A stretch of 64,000 nucleotides of DNA from Podarcis vaucheri (lineage: Eukaryota), in assembly GCA_965113315.1 (NCBI GenBank), contig OZ220365.1; one strand, given 5' to 3'. This document shows positions 13,597 to 28,215 of the stretch, in pieces (within the stretch, counting starts at the first letter, position 1; each line of letters opens with the position of its first letter). The position numbers were made by a program, and so were the translations under genes. A model generated the notes under the pieces. The model was not told the DNA's origin. It saw only the letters and a list, made by a program, of their open reading frames with translations, and searched no databases.

Positions 13597-15207
13597 GGAA
13601 AAAATTCTATACTGAAATACTTTGAATTAAAGGAAGTCCAACTACATGAGTTTAATTTGAGATGTGTCACCAGCATGGCATACATATCGTAACGGGCAGA
13701 TCTCCCCTGATGTACTGGTGTAGAAAGACAAGCTTTTCCTTTTATCTTGAATTTTGCTTTTTTTAAAAAAAAAAAAAGTTGAACAAAAAGCAAGAGAGAG
13801 AAAAGGTAAGGATTTGGGTTATAGTTTTTAATTAGGTGGATTTTATTTCTCATCTGAACAAGTTTAATTATACCATTTAAGTGTGCTATCTGATTGCGAT
13901 CATATCTTTCAAAAGAAATAGGTTGATTGCTCTATTTTAAATTGAACTGTAAGTGCTTCATATTCCATAGGCATGGAAAATGCTCATCTTCCAGTTTTAC
14001 ATGATATGTGAATTCCCCCATTATCAGTCAAGAATAATAATTATTATTTGATTTATGCATTGCTCCCCACTAACGAAGTCCTGAAATAACTCACAGCGAC
14101 TATAGAATGAAAAACCAACAAAACAAAACAATATACCAATTAAAATACCCTTAAAAGTTCACTCATAAAAAATCAGTCACCCCCTCCCCAGAAAGAAGAA
14201 TCCTTCACCATTCAGCAACAGGATAAATACCCTGTAGTGATAAGAATTCATTCCAAAACTTCGGATAACCCCACTTAGCAGTTTTATGTAATGTTGAACA
14301 GCATGGAGGATAAAATTAAAGCTAAAATAAATGCAAAAGCCCACAATGGGGGCTTCATGGGGTCAAATAATACTACACCCAAGTATCATCTTCAGAGTTA
14401 ACTATCCAAGGACTGGAACCACTACAAGGCAGCACCGTCCACTCCCAACTCAGACAGTCGCTCCAGAATGATCCCATGATTAATGGTAACAAAAGCCATG
14501 GAGGGATCCAACCAATCCGTGTGGATGTGAGCCACTTTCTCCTGTCACTAATGATGCCTCACAACCCATGCTCAGCTGTATACTTCTCATGGGTTGGTAA
14601 TTCAGTCACTGACAGGAAAAAGAAGGGTAAGGCTTATTTAGAAATTGATTGGAATAGACCCCCAAACAGGATGAAAGACTTGGCAGAGATTTGTGAGCAT
14701 GTCCCAAGAAACAAAGAGTGATCAGTCTCCAGACATGCAGAATTAAATCTTAGATGACATGACACAGCTTGTTCATGGGGACATAACACAAAGGATAAAT
14801 AATTCAGATGGTCCCTGGGATGTACTCCTGGAAGATTCTACTAGAGACAAAAACAGTTATGAAAATCCAAACTCGAAGAGTATCATAATGCCATTAAAAA
14901 CAAACAAACCACAAAGCACTGAGTTAGCTTTCACAGAAACTTTTCCTCAGGTTCAGTGTTAAAAGTAAAGAAATGAGGGGGGAAATATTCCTAGTGTCAG
15001 GCATAGTAAGTTCTGCTATATATGTAACTGTCTTAAGATGATCAATCAGGAAATTCTTTCCAGAAAGCCTCTAGGGGTGTTTTTAGAGGGTGTTTTTTTA
15101 TTGTTTGCTTTCGTATTCATTAGGAAATTCTTGAGGTTCTAGAAGCTTCCGATAATGTCCTACCAGCCTGAAGCTGGAATGAAGGAATCTGTCTCAATTA
15201 ACTGCTA

Positions 15208-15400
15208 AAAGATGCAGTGACCGTGTCTAGTCTAGATGGTTTTAAAAGGGGATTAGACAAATGAGTGGAGGGTAGGTCTATCAATGGCCATTAGTAACTA
15301 TGGCTATATGGTACCTCCAGGTTTAAAGGCAGTATGTCACTGAATACCAGTTACTAGTAAGCCACAGCAATGGAGGGATCTTGTCTTCAAATTTGGCTTT
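15208..15400 (+). mobile_element. Old CR1 LINE 3' fragment
   Basis: GATGGTTTTAAAAGGGGATTAGACAAAT..GGAGG..AGGTCTATCAATGGC, typical of the end of squamate CR1 ORF2 and the 3' UTR. Confidence 0.65.
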
Positions 15401-18400
15401 TAGGCTTCCAAGAGAACTCAGGGTGCTAGAATGGTGAAACTTACATCTGATATCAAGCAATGCTTCTGGCAACTTCATCATGCAAAGCATCCACCTTACC
15501 TCAGAATACCCACAAAGCTGAAAAGCTTTGTAAGTAACTGGTGAAGAAAACCAGTTCAGAAGATTTAAGAGAAATAACTGTTTTTTTAAAAAAAGTTATT
15601 CGGAAAGTAAAACCAACAAAATCACATGGTAAATGAAATGTAGTATCCTCTGAAAAAAGAAAGATTATACTGCAAAAGGTGTATGTGAAGAACTTGAATT
15701 TTGAAGAGGATAAAGAATCCTAAAGAACTTTCCATAGTAAAAAAATATTTTTAAAATGGAACAAGAAATATATCAGGATAGAGCAACTTTTGCAGAAATG
15801 TACGAACGTCTGCCTTCTGCAGTACATCATTGGACAGCTTACATTTTCCATTCAGATGTGGATCAATCAGCCACAAAGGTTTTCAGTAACTCATAAACTT
15901 AATTGTGCTTTTTTAAAAAATGTTGCTTAGCTATAACTTCGAGTAAAAATTGTTTGCCCCACTCGAGCAGTTAGATCACCTCCTGATAGGGCAGAGCAGA
16001 GCAGTTAGATCACCTCCTGATTATGAGAGTTTCCTGATAGATTACCAGTTGCCCCCAAAACATTCTACAGGGATGCCCAAACATTTTGTGAAGACTGCAA
16101 AGAATTCACTGTGGGACGCAGACATTAATACTAAATAAAGAAATATCATTATTGAGATGAACCTGAAGTGTCTAGACTCAAGAGACTCAGGACAAAGATT
16201 GGTCCTGTTAAAGACAAGGCCTTCCCTTAGGGCAAGTTTGTCTTTCTCTTTTCTCCATAGGGAGAGCAAAGTTTATCGTAGGAAACCTACTGCATTTATG
16301 ATTTTTCCCTGAGCCTGAATGTTCATCAACTCAAACCGCGCTACCAAGGCTGCTTCATCAGAAGGTAATTGTTTTTCCAATGCAACCAGCCCTTCCAAGA
16401 GATGTGTCTTGAAGGGGAAAGTGGAGTTTGCTTCCCTCTGCAGCTTCACCCCACTAATCCTCTGGTAAGCCATCAATACTTCTGGGAGGTTGTTTAGATT
16501 AAACAGTATATCCTCTAGTTTGGAAATTGGCATCTACTGGAAATGTTTCAGCAGCTCCACACCTGTCCCTACCTGTAGGCTGTTTTCCAACTTCTCTGCC
16601 AAAGGAAAAGCAACAAATCAGGGACAGCAATTCACCAAGGACAAGTACCAGAAATAAAAGAACTATCTCTGGAAAATTGGAGAGTTGGAGATTATATTGG
16701 TATTTTAGTCACCGTACTTCAGTCCTCATCTGAGCTCCATCCCAGAAGTGGTAACTGTTAGTGTTAGAACTGCAGTGCAGCTGTGGGCAAGTGTTGGTGG
16801 CAGTGATGATATAAGAGCCTGATTGGTGGTAAAGTACCTAATAAAGGCCCATTGCCATAGACAGCTGTCTAGTCAACTGATTTTACCCTGAAGAGGCTGG
16901 CAATTGTACAGCAGATATTCAGCAATGCTACTACACAACAGCTTGTCAACGTTGACTTGTAATCATAGTTGCTCAACAGCTTAAGGCTCAAGTATGCCAT
17001 TTTTTCTGGTAAGTGTATATAAAGAAGGCATCAAAAATGCATCAAAATTATATACATCAAAAATGTATATAAAGAAGGCATCAAGAAGTTAAAAGTTGCC
17101 AACTGAATTGAAAATTATACATGCTTCAACTTATACAACTTCTGGAGACTAGAAACCGATCTGACAATAAAGGTGCAACTAGTCCATTAAACAGATTTAT
17201 TTGCTTCATTACATACTTATTTTATTTCAAGAGAACACAATCAATTGTTTAAAATAAATAAATAAATCCCAGCAGAAAGAGGAGCAGTCGATGAAAAAGG
17301 AAGAGGTGACAAGCAGTGTGCTTGCTTGCTTGCTTATTTATGTGCAATATTTATAGACAATCCTAAAACCAAGTTCTCAAGGTGGCTCTCACCTGTTAAA
17401 AGAGAGAGCAGTCTTTGGAAAAGAACAATACTCTTACCATGGCCAAAAGAGCAGAGAAGGGGAAAGGAGAGACGCACTGAGGGGATCAAAATAACAATCC
17501 CTGGAAAAAGAGTAGAGCAGAGACAAGTGTCGCTCTTGAAGATTACACATGGGGCTTGATGTAAACTGCTTACCAAATTTTGTTTTTAACTATATGTGAT
17601 GAAAAAGTTAAAGTCTCCTGAAACATGTGCCTAAATGTCAATTAACTTCATGCAGCCTAAGGAAAATTCAAACTAAATGAGAACAGCACAAGCACTTCCG
17701 GGACAGCTTTTGTTATGATTCTATATTCTTTCAAGCAGCATAGGATTTTACTTCATTATTTCCTCATATACTTAACATTGTTTGATGCCACTTTATACAA
17801 CAAGGGCTTTATTTTGTTTTATGTGCTTAAGAAATATCATCCAGGATCTTAAGTTTGATACCAACTTTAAAATGATGGTTTTTCTCCCAACAAAACAAAG
17901 ATGTTATGACAGAGATCCTGAAGATTCAACATCTCTACAGCAAGATGTTCCTTTCATGCAAGCCTTTCAGGCTTCACCTCTAGCAGGAAGGATAATCCAC
18001 AAAAGTGCATTGATTACACAGATGTAATAACCATCTTCCTGAAAGTGAGGAAAATGTGAATCATGTTTATAAAATCAATAAGGGATAAATTAAGGAATGG
18101 AGCATTGATTTTTTTTTCTACCTGCCTATTCTCCCTTTGCTTCAACACTGTCATCCTTAGTTCCTTTGACAACTTCATAAACTCCATTATTTTGATACTT
18201 TGCCGTATCTGTTTTTGCACATGCACACATATTCCCTTCTTCTGTATACAATTTTTTTTCATCTTATTCTTCTACTAATATTGTGTCACTTACTATATAC
18301 ACATAGACATAAATCTTTTCTCAGAGAGAGAGAGAATCGCAGGGGCTTGATATACTAATCCCTATTAAATATGATATTTCTACTAAATTATGTAAGGTCA

Positions 18401-19648
18401 AATATATACAACCTGCCCAACTACATTTATAGGAAACAATGAGATTTCACTTCATCTTGGACCAAGAGGACTATCAAACAGCAGCAGTAGCCATTCCACT
18501 ATTTCGTACTGTGCAATTATTACATGAGCAGAACTCCTTCTTCCACAGAAAAGCATCAATGCATTGCAAACAGTGAAAAGACTAGCACCACATGAAATCT
18601 TCTGCACACTTAAACCAAAGTAAGTCCCATCAAAATCAATACAACCATCTTCACAGCAAGCACACAATGAATTGTAACCTAATAAACTTATCCTCTGGGG
18701 GAGGCCACAGGCAGAACACTGCAGCCGTGCTTTACATGAGATGAATTAAAGGTACGGTTTTAACTTATAATACCTTTAAAGGCTTTGATGCCACATACTA
18801 ATAAGAACACCTCCATCTCTGTCCCGATTTCCAAAATCAAAACAGCACTACCTTCTGAAGCCTATTCACCAAGTTAGGATAGCAGAGAGGCTATTCTTAT
18901 TAGCTCTACTACCAAAGCCCAGGCATGCTTTGAAAACATTATACGGCTCAATTCACAGAACTGCTGGGCATGTAATAGCCCCTTGAAATTCCTGTACGTG
19001 TCAGCTCCAACACTCATAACCAATCAATCACATGCAACAGCAGCTACCTGCGGAAACAAGTTCTTTCCCCACATGTTGGCAAGTGCTAAAAGACAATGGC
19101 TTGGATTCTAAGTTTCTATGAGCAGAGTTCTGCTGATGGGATGCTTCTTCTGATGAAAGATGTTGCAATTTTATTTTATTTTGCCAACTCCCCCTTTCCC
19201 TGCACCCCCCTGTGCAACCTGAAAATTTGCTCGGGGGGGGGGGGTGGTGGTTGGTGGGGGCATGAGTACAAGAGGCTGCACTGGGAAGCGGAAATCAACA
19301 CAAATCACCACCCACAACTACTGCCAGCAGTAGCTTCTGCTGGATCAGAGTCCAACCCATGCATGGAAGGTACCCATCTGTTCATGGAAGGGCAACTCAA
19401 GATCTTTGCAGTGATACGAAACAACAACAGCAAGCCTGCAACACCCATAATCTTAGGCAATGGTTGTGGTGGTTGGGGCTAGTACAAGCTATAGTCTAAA
19501 ACACCTGGAGGTCACAGCAAGTTGTGGAAGGTTGATGTGCAGCTGTGCACAATCATTTAGCAATCAACAGGGGAAATTCAAATGGGTGCTAGAGGTTCAG
19601 TTATAATATAATATAATGGCAGAATCATATGAATAACCCATAAGTGTC

Positions 19649-19919
19649 TAGATTCAGGTACGTAGCCGTGTTGGTCTGATGCAGTCTAAATAAATAAATA
19701 AATAAATAAATAGTCCAGTAGCACCTTAGAGACCAACTAAGTTTGTTCTGGGTATAAGCTTTTGTGTGCATGCACACTTCTTCAGATACACTGAAACAGA
19801 AGTCACCAGACCCTTATATACAGTGGGATGGTCAGGTGGGGTTTTTCTCAGAAGGGTAGTAGGAGATGGGTGATTGACTCAATGGGTATGGTAAACGTGT
19901 TGACGACTGTTAACCACTG
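19649..19919 (-). mobile_element. Penelope-like element terminal (pLTR) fragment with mutated hammerhead motif
   Basis: GTAGCCGTGTTGGTCTG...GTAGCACCTTAGAGACCAACTAAG...CACACTTCTTCAGATACAC. An 11-bp TSD ccataagtgtc lies at 19638-19648 and 19920-19930. Confidence 0.82.
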
Positions 19920-22900
19920 CCATAAGTGTCCAATGCGCCTTGTTCCTTAGTAGGTGTTTTTAGCATTGCTGCCTAAGTCACTCGTGGTGATCAGAGTTTT
20001 GACATATATTGTGACTTGGGTCAGAAACTAACAAAACCTTCACCACTTTCCCACCAATTTCTCCCCCCCCCCAAGCACTTTATTACCTATATCCATCCCA
20101 AGTCATTCTTCTGCCAGCAGAGAGAATGGAGTGGGAAAGTTGCATTGAACAAGAATCCTTTCCCTCTCCTGAAGCCTATTTATTTAATCAGATTCATATA
20201 CTGCCTTTTAATGTGAAATTACTAGGGCAGTTTACAAATGCTAGAAAAATGAGGCAGTAATTATACAATAAGCATCAACAAAAGATTGCAAGGTAATGGC
20301 AGCGGTAAAAATCAAGACAATGATAATAGACATGAAAATTAAACAGGACTTTAGGGGCAAGTCAAGCCTCCCTGGAGAGAGCGAGCTTGACAAATGGTGC
20401 CACAACAGAAAGGCCCTCTTCCCACTCATCTCATCTTTCTCCTTCATCCAGAGCAGGTCTGTTTCTTAAGTCCTAATTCAGATCCATCTTAAAAGAAACA
20501 GAAGTACCTCCACTCATGGCGACCGCGTTGGAGTTTCTGATACGTGCAGTGCTATGCACTATGCGTCCCACATTCCATTGGAGGGAGAGGCAGTTATTGG
20601 AAGAGCTGCGAGTGAAAGCTCTCCCCGCGGACCGGGGGGGGGGCTTACAAGGATAATTACTCCCAGATTATCCTTAATTAACTGCATGGATGGCATCCGC
20701 TATCGTGGGATCTGCTGTTTGCCATGGCAGCAGTGCCAGAAGTCCCAGGCAAACTTTTCAGAGGCAGACCCATGTACAACACATTGCTCCAGGCTAATCT
20801 AAAAATGACCAAAGGGTGAATAACCATGGCCAGGAAGACTCGCAAACAGTGCCAAGGGCTCAGCTGGTGAAAGATAATCCAACCTACACCTGGACCCCAA
20901 ATGACAAGTTGAAGTACAACCCCATCTGTAACAGGTTAAGTACCACCTCAAGTAGATGACCCACTAAGAAAAAGTGTCTGTCTTGTCAGGATTAAATTCA
21001 TCCAGTCTATGGTGGATCCCAATCAAGGATATAGCACTTCCATAACCATGTGTGATGTGTGTGTGAATACAACCCTAAGCTTTTGTGGATGGAGCTGATA
21101 TATTAACACAAGCCATTGTTGGATAGAACTGCAGTCCCAAACACATACAGGCCACCAGGTTGATCGAAAGAATATACACAGGTTATGGTGACACCAACAG
21201 CACAATCCTCTATAAGTCTGCTAAAAAGTAAGCCTCAGTAACCTTGCTTAAATTGTTTCAAGGTTAATGTACGTAGGTATGCAGCTCAAGGTATACTTAG
21301 CCCCAGCAACATCAACACTTCAAAAAGTAGGAGGAGGGAGCAGGAGAGAGAAGGAGCTGACAAACTTGGCCAGGTTAAGAAATTATTTAATGATTCAGGC
21401 ATGTAACCTGAAACCATTTAATTTGTCCCTTCCCCCTTAATTACTGTTGCAATTTACATATTTTGGCGTTTAACACAATTTAGCATTATATGAAACTGCT
21501 ATCAATATCTAAATATATGGTGGAGAACAACAAAGCTTGTTTTTACGACCTACTGCTGAGAATTAAGTACTTGATAAATGAGGATTGTGTTAATTTGTGA
21601 TTAACTTGTTTCCCCTTGGTGATTAAACATCTGGCTAGATCATTTACACCTAGATGCTCTATAAACAAAGCACAATACTAAGCAAATGTAGCATGGATTT
21701 TCAAACTCACATTACTGGAAAACAAAAAGATAATAGCAGCTGGAGAGGAAAAGAGAAATATATTTGGAAACCAAGCAAAAGATCGCCACATAACTTTTTT
21801 GGGGGAGGGGATGCATTTTGAAGAGCTATGTAAGCTATCTAGAATAAATGTGAAAAGGACAAAAGATAAGACGGTGACATATCCACCTTGCTGTGAATGG
21901 AACGGAAGACAGTTTAGCTAACAGCCAACTGAACTGCATCCAGCAGAGCACTGGCTCAGCTTAAACCAATCTGCCAGAATACAGCAGGCCACCTGACTAT
22001 ATGTATTAGAACAAGAACGGATGAAAACCCACATCTAAACACTGCAATTGAAATGGAAGGGGAAGGACAGGATGGGCAAACGTCTCAAAAAGGCTTACAG
22101 AACTGTAGGCATTTACACACAGTCCCAATGAGTCAAATGGGGCATACTACTGGCTACGTTTTCCAGACTATGGATGAGAGCCAAAGTTTGTGTAAGATTG
22201 GTTGTGCAATCTCCCCCTCCCCATACTCCCCAGCCCCTTGAAAAGCCTCAGAAAGATTGGGAGGTCCCCCTGAACCATGTTGGCTGTGCTGCAGCAGGGG
22301 GCATTGAAAGGGGGGTAAGAAAAAAGAGGGAGACGTTTCTCTCTGCTCTGCTCTGCCCTCTCAACTCATTGCACCCATCAAAATTAAAACATTAAGAGAG
22401 AAACCAGGACAAATAATCAACCAATTGCCTAGTAAAACAGGCCTTTTAAAAAACAGCAGCCTAAAGCAATAACGGGGCCTGATTCACTCCCATGGGCTGT
22501 AGACCACTGTAGCCCTAGGCTGTGGTTACCACCAACCATGCTTAACAGGATTGAGGGATCTACAGCAGAACCTCACATGAGAATTGGAACATACAGGTGG
22601 AAAAGATATGGAAGAAAGCAGTCAGTAAGGTGATGCCTCGGTGATGTCCCAATACCCTACTATAATTAAACTCAAGTATAACTTAAATAACCGCATGTTC
22701 GTTTCCTGTTTACATGCTTCTCATCATTTCCCTCCTATTCTTCTTTTGAATCCTATGGGTTGAATCAAATAGTGCCCTTCTGTTTGCGGAAGGGGGGAGG
22801 CAATATTAACCAATTCCCCCCCCTCTCCCACCAATCCCCACCAATCCCAAAAATCTGCTTCTGTGAGTTGGGGGATTATCCAGAACAGTATGGAATGTGA

Positions 22901-23117
22901 CATGGAGGGCAGCAGAGGAAATCCTTGAAAATTGCCTCCTGCTCTCATTAGTGGAGACCGCAGCTCAGTCAAAGAAAAGCAAAACTGGATGCCACCCTAT
23001 CTTTACATTTTAAGCCCTTTGAGGTAGGGACCTGCTATTAGTAAAATGCCATTTATATATTTAATTTATATACTGCCCTTCATCAGAGTATCACGTGTAT
23101 ACAGTACTATGTATATA

Positions 23118-23476
23118 AAGGTAAAGGTACCCCTGCCCGAACGGGCCAGTCTTGACAGACTCTGGGGTTTGTGCGCCCATCTCACATCTATTGGCCGGGG
23201 GCCAGCGCTGTCCGGAGACACTTCCGGGTCACGTGGCCAGCGTGACAAAGCTGCATCTGGCGAGCCAGTGCAGCACACGGAACGCCGTTTACCTTCCCGC
23301 TGGTAAGCGGTACCTATTTATCTACTTGCACCCGGGGGTGCTTTCGAACTGCTAGGTTGGCAGGCGCTGGGACCGAACGACAGGAGCGCACCCCGCCGCG
23401 GGGATTCGAACTGCCGACCTTTCGATCGGCAAGCCCTAGGCGCTGAGGCTTTAACCCACAGCGCCACCCGCGTCCC
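23118..23476 (-). mobile_element. Sauria SINE (CpG-rich, young subfamily)
   Basis: Full length, with a perfect 12-bp TSD actatgtatata. Confidence 0.93.
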
Positions 23477-25163
23477 ACTATGTATATAGATGGTGCTAAA
23501 TAATAATCTGTAATGCTGCTGCTATTCTTCTAGAACTAATTCCTGAAGTTCCTCCACGTTTAAAACAGAAATGCAGGTTGCCCCCATCAATTCTGAGGAC
23601 CAAATAAATCCAGTTATGGATTTTACCTGTGCACAAACAGTTTCTTTGGGTGATAGTCCAAGAATGGAATCAAGAAACAGAATCATTCAACTTAATGATA
23701 CTTTGACATTGACTTTAATAGAAAGCAAGACTGCAATGCCATCCTATGGTATAGACCAGTATAGTCTATAGTATAGATCCTAAGCATAGTATGCAAAACC
23801 CTTGGGAGGATGTGAAGGTGTTTCAAAGGCACATGGCAGAATTTGCTCCAGTAAATAAAACAGAATTATTAAAACCATTCCCCAAATTATCTTCACCCCC
23901 AAAGGGGTACACCAGTAAAACTGAACTCTCAAAAGGGATATGCAGTTATTGAAGGCTTGGGAGACACTGCTAAAGACAAATTGAATCCCCTGAAAATTCT
24001 GACTCCCATCTGACTACAATATTCCGCAATATTTGAAGACTCAGCAAGCTTTGGCTTTAAAATTAGCAGCCAACTGTGCAACCAATACTCACCGTCATTA
24101 ACTCAGTACAGCAAACTGATGAAAGTGAAGATTAGCATTCAAAAGAGAAATGATGAAAGGGTGGCATCTTTGCCATTCCAAAATAAATAAAATTCAATAA
24201 AAGGAAGCTCCATATGACACCAGTCTACCAAACGAGATGTAGCTGTCCAGCATGAGATGTCAATAGCCAGGGGCTGGCAGAGGCAACAATCACGATGCTA
24301 CTATCACTGCCAACCAAACAGGTACAGCTGGTCAACTAAACAGGCAGAGCAGATGGGGGGGGAAACAGCAATTCTGTACATAAACCACTTCAAAAATTGC
24401 ACGTCTTCACACTTCGAAAGAAGTGACAGAAAGAAAACACCAAAAGGAAAACTTTATCCAATGAATGCAAAGGGCAAACGGTGTAACATACTGCAAATCA
24501 ATGAGATGAAATGCCTTCCTTCTGCTCCCTTCATAGGAATGATGTTATGATGCCATAAAAGCCAACCTGCCCATAGGAAAACTGTGGATCTGCTCCATGT
24601 GTACTTGGCCCTGCAAAGAGCACCAGATAGCACATTACACAGCATCCCCTTCTGGCGCTTGTTGCTATGCTGCCTATCCAAGGGCCTGTGTCTGTCAGAA
24701 TCCTGTATACATACTGTAGTTGCTCAGCAAACATGTTAACATGTTCCTGCAACACTGTCCCTACCCACCTATAGGCCAAATAATGGCAGGGAAAGGGGAG
24801 AGTGTCACCTATGTGGGTACTTTCACTCTACATTTAGCAGAACATCACAAAAGACAAGCAGTAAAAGTATCTTTAGGGTTGTATCCATGTGTGTAATGGA
24901 AATGCAAGTGATATTTCATAAAGCAAGCTTTGCACTTTGCAAACAGCTAAGCCTTAATCCTTATTGTCCATATATATGCACAATTTGTAGAAGCGCACAA
25001 TCCCGTTAATATACGATAATGTTTATACTGGCCAAGTTATGTTTGTAAGATAACAAACAGGGCATGGGGATATCTAAATTATATCAGTCTCACCACTATT
25101 CATGAAGTTATACTTCTGTAGATTGCCTGATTCCTATTTACAGCCAGCTTTAGCGTGTAGAGC

Positions 25164-25190
25164 TGTGTGTGTGTGTGTGTGTGTGTGTGT
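25164..25190. repeat. (TG)n microsatellite
   Basis: Direct tandem run. Confidence 0.95.
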
Positions 25191-26344
25191 ACCTACACAC
25201 GTGTTTATTGTTCTTGGGTTTTTCCCCTCCAAAATAAACCTCCCAAATATCAAGAAAGTAAAAACCAAAAGTGAATTTTTAAAACGGGTGGTAATATAAC
25301 TGCATGAGAATAATGCCAGTGGAACTGGATTGAAAATACTGAATGAAATAGACACAATTTTAGCATTAAAACAAGTCCTGTTTGGGTATGCTGCCTTGAG
25401 TAGATAGGGAGGCAGAAGATAAAGGTTTGGAGTGAATGAAATAAATATTTTATGGTAAACCATTAACTATGGTTTACTTAGAAGTGCAAACTGGGCCAGT
25501 TTCCTAGAGAAAAATCTTTGTTTTATCACCTGGAAGCTTCTGGCTGAAAAGCTGGAGGCACTATGCCTCCAATATTTTTTTCTGTCTTGTGGTTAAAAAG
25601 AAATGCTATTTTTCCGAAGCTGCCCACCTCTTCCTCTAAGCCTTAGTGGCCTTAACTTCTTCCTTTCCATTGCAATTCTTGCCCCCTTGCTACATCCCTG
25701 CCACTAATTTGTTAATCTGAGTTTCTTCTACTCTAACTTTAATGGAGATTGTAAGTCACCTTAGTTGACACTGCAGCCTGTTCCACCAGTATTTCCAATA
25801 AAGCAAAACCAAAATCACTTAGGTTTATATCACCTAGTTACAGCAATAATACTGAAGTTCATGGATTATAAAACAAATTTACACAAGGGAAATGTGGTAT
25901 GCATTGTTAAGGAATGCAGTTAACGGGTTAATGAGATTATTATTAATAATAATCTCAATGAGATTATTCATTCCCCACAATGCACCTACCTGGCATCTTC
26001 TGACTCTCTTATCTGGGTTACTGGGCAGATTTAGCAAGCAAGTTTGTGCATAAAAGGGCTAGGTTACAGCACATGGTGTGGCTCACAGTAGGAGATTGTA
26101 GGAATTGTTGAAGGCTATCTGTTGGAACCGTGAATTTGAGTGAAGACTTTTAAAATATTTTTTTATGAGAAAGAAGTTGGGAAATTGCCAGACTTCAGAA
26201 CTCATATAACTCTATTAGTTGCAAGATTTTGTAGCAGCCAAATTTAGGGTTTGATTGTGGACTTTAAAATAGCAAGGACTTTGGAACAATGAATCCTCTC
26301 TGGGCTCTGAGAGAGAAGACTACTTGTAACATCTGTAAATAGTG

Positions 26345-26413
26345 TGGCGTGCTCTGGTCCATGGGGTCACGAAGAGTCGGACATGACTAAACGACTAAAC
26401 AACAACAACAACA
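26345..26413 (+). mobile_element. Bov-B extreme 3' fragment
   Basis: TGGCGTGCTCTGGTCCATGGGGTCACGAAGAGTCGGACATGACTAAACGACTAAAC(AAC)n. Confidence 0.85.
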
Positions 26414-26949
26414 ATGTATAGTGGTGTTTGTTGGTGTTGGCTTATTAAAGACAACTCTGCTAAATGCTTATTTTTGTGTTGGTGAGCATAACCACTTCAC
26501 TGAGCTTTCATGGCACATCCACCTAACACCCTAATATGCATGGCCTTATTTTCTGCTAAAATAAAATAAAATAAGTTTCTATCTCTGTTTCTGTACAGAG
26601 AGAGTAGTAGAAAGAAACCTTAAGTGGAGAAGCACAGGAAAGGTATGGTACATATACACATTAAAATTGCCTTTTCCTTGTTAGTGTCGCACAAGGTTGT
26701 TACAATTTATCACCTTCTTATTCCACACCACTGCATTGTACAGAATCATTCTCTCTCTCTCATATATATATACAAATCTGAACCAATTCCTGCAATGCTC
26801 CTATTCCCAAGTGGGTAATTTTATTGTAATACCCATAGGCCTTATCGCTCTGTAATTTCTTTGGGTACCTATATCAAGTTAGCATCTCTTGAGCTGTCAG
26901 TCACATAAGATTTGTAATCTTAAGGATTTGTGTCACCATTTTGTAGCAC

Positions 26950-27120
26950 TGGAATCCTAGAGACTATAGATGAGAAAGACCTATTAGGTCATCTATCCAA
27001 TCTCCAGGCAAAATCCTCTATTGAACATTTAATAGCATTTTGTTCGCTGTAGTTCTAAATGTCACAAGCAATGGGGTTTTCCATCATTTCCTTTGGAAGA
27101 CTGTTCTATAGGGTATTAGC
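26950..27120 (-). mobile_element. Ancient CR1/L3-like 3' remnant
   Basis: GACCTATTAGGTCATCTATCCAA and CTTTGGAAGACTGTTC resemble reversed CR1 3' ends. Highly diverged. Confidence 0.4.
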
Positions 27121-28137
27121 CTTAAAGATCCAGTGCTCTGCTTCATAACATGCTTTCTTAAAGAGATCCTGACAGATATACAAATGCACATGCTTCCAAT
27201 AATGTCAAATGCTCTGCAAATAACGCACAGAATGTGCTAAATCACAATTAATTTCCAATTGAGTTTATAAAACGTTACTTCCTTTTGAAGATTCTTACAC
27301 CGTTATTAAGTTTTGCACACTGAAAGTGAGAGTTTATAAGGGAAGGGTGTAGGCTCTATGTAAACAGAATGTAGAGATCACGCCACTCTTCCCCTAGTGT
27401 GAGCAGGAACAACAAATCTCAAACCAGGGGTTGTGGTTTGGGTCACTCAAACAATCTATGATGGGTAAAACCAACCGTAAACTTTGATTTTACATTGTGG
27501 TTGGGAGCAAAACAAGCCACACTCCCCTCCGGAAAGGGCCATGACTCAGTGATAAGATATGACACATTTTTTGCAAAAGGTTCAGTCGCTGGCATGTCCA
27601 GGAATGGTTGGCAAAAACTTCCCACCTGAAAACCTAGAGAGTTGCTGTTAGTGTGCGGACAATACTGGGCTAGTTGGATCAGTGCTCTGAGTTGGTATAA
27701 GACAGCTTCCTTTGATCCCAGTTTGGCTATGATGCTAAGCAATGCAACAATTTTTGTTTTTTATTTGTTTTGCACTGGCTCATACTAGGGGAAGGGTAAA
27801 GCAGAAGACATTAACTATAGTTTACCATGATGTGAAACAGAGCCATTTCCTCATTTTTAAAAAACTGATGTGTATGGTCAGAATGGTAGGAAACAGAGAG
27901 AAGTTCAATGAACTGAAGAATTTGTGTATATAGAGGTACAGCAAAACAAGTCCCAGGGCAAAGGCACAGCCTGACAAATAGCAATGTTTTAGAATACTTC
28001 TAATTTCACATTTTTGTAGAGTGTTGGCTGTATTAAATCCTAATACAGTTTAATATTAAAAGAGGCAACAGCTAAAAACCACACGTTAAGAGCCCACCAA
28101 AACAGGAACATCTTCCATAGAAGACACCAAAACAAGA

Positions 28138-28167
28138 GTAGTAGTAGTAGTAGTAGTAGTAGTAGAA

Positions 28168-28214
<47 letters not shown>
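28138..28214. repeat. Compound (GTA)n/(AAT)n microsatellite at a LINE tail
   Basis: Direct tandem runs abutting the L2 3' end. Confidence 0.9.

Positions 28215-28215
<1 letters not shown>

Noticed and set aside
16273-16533. 86-aa ORF with protein-like composition
   Set aside because: No recognisable domain or convincing splice sites. It may be a decayed repeat, but this is unsupported.
18014-18262. Lys/Glu-rich ORF as a possible host exon
   Set aside because: Purine-rich low complexity, no similarity to MacroD sequence and no good acceptor/donor pair.
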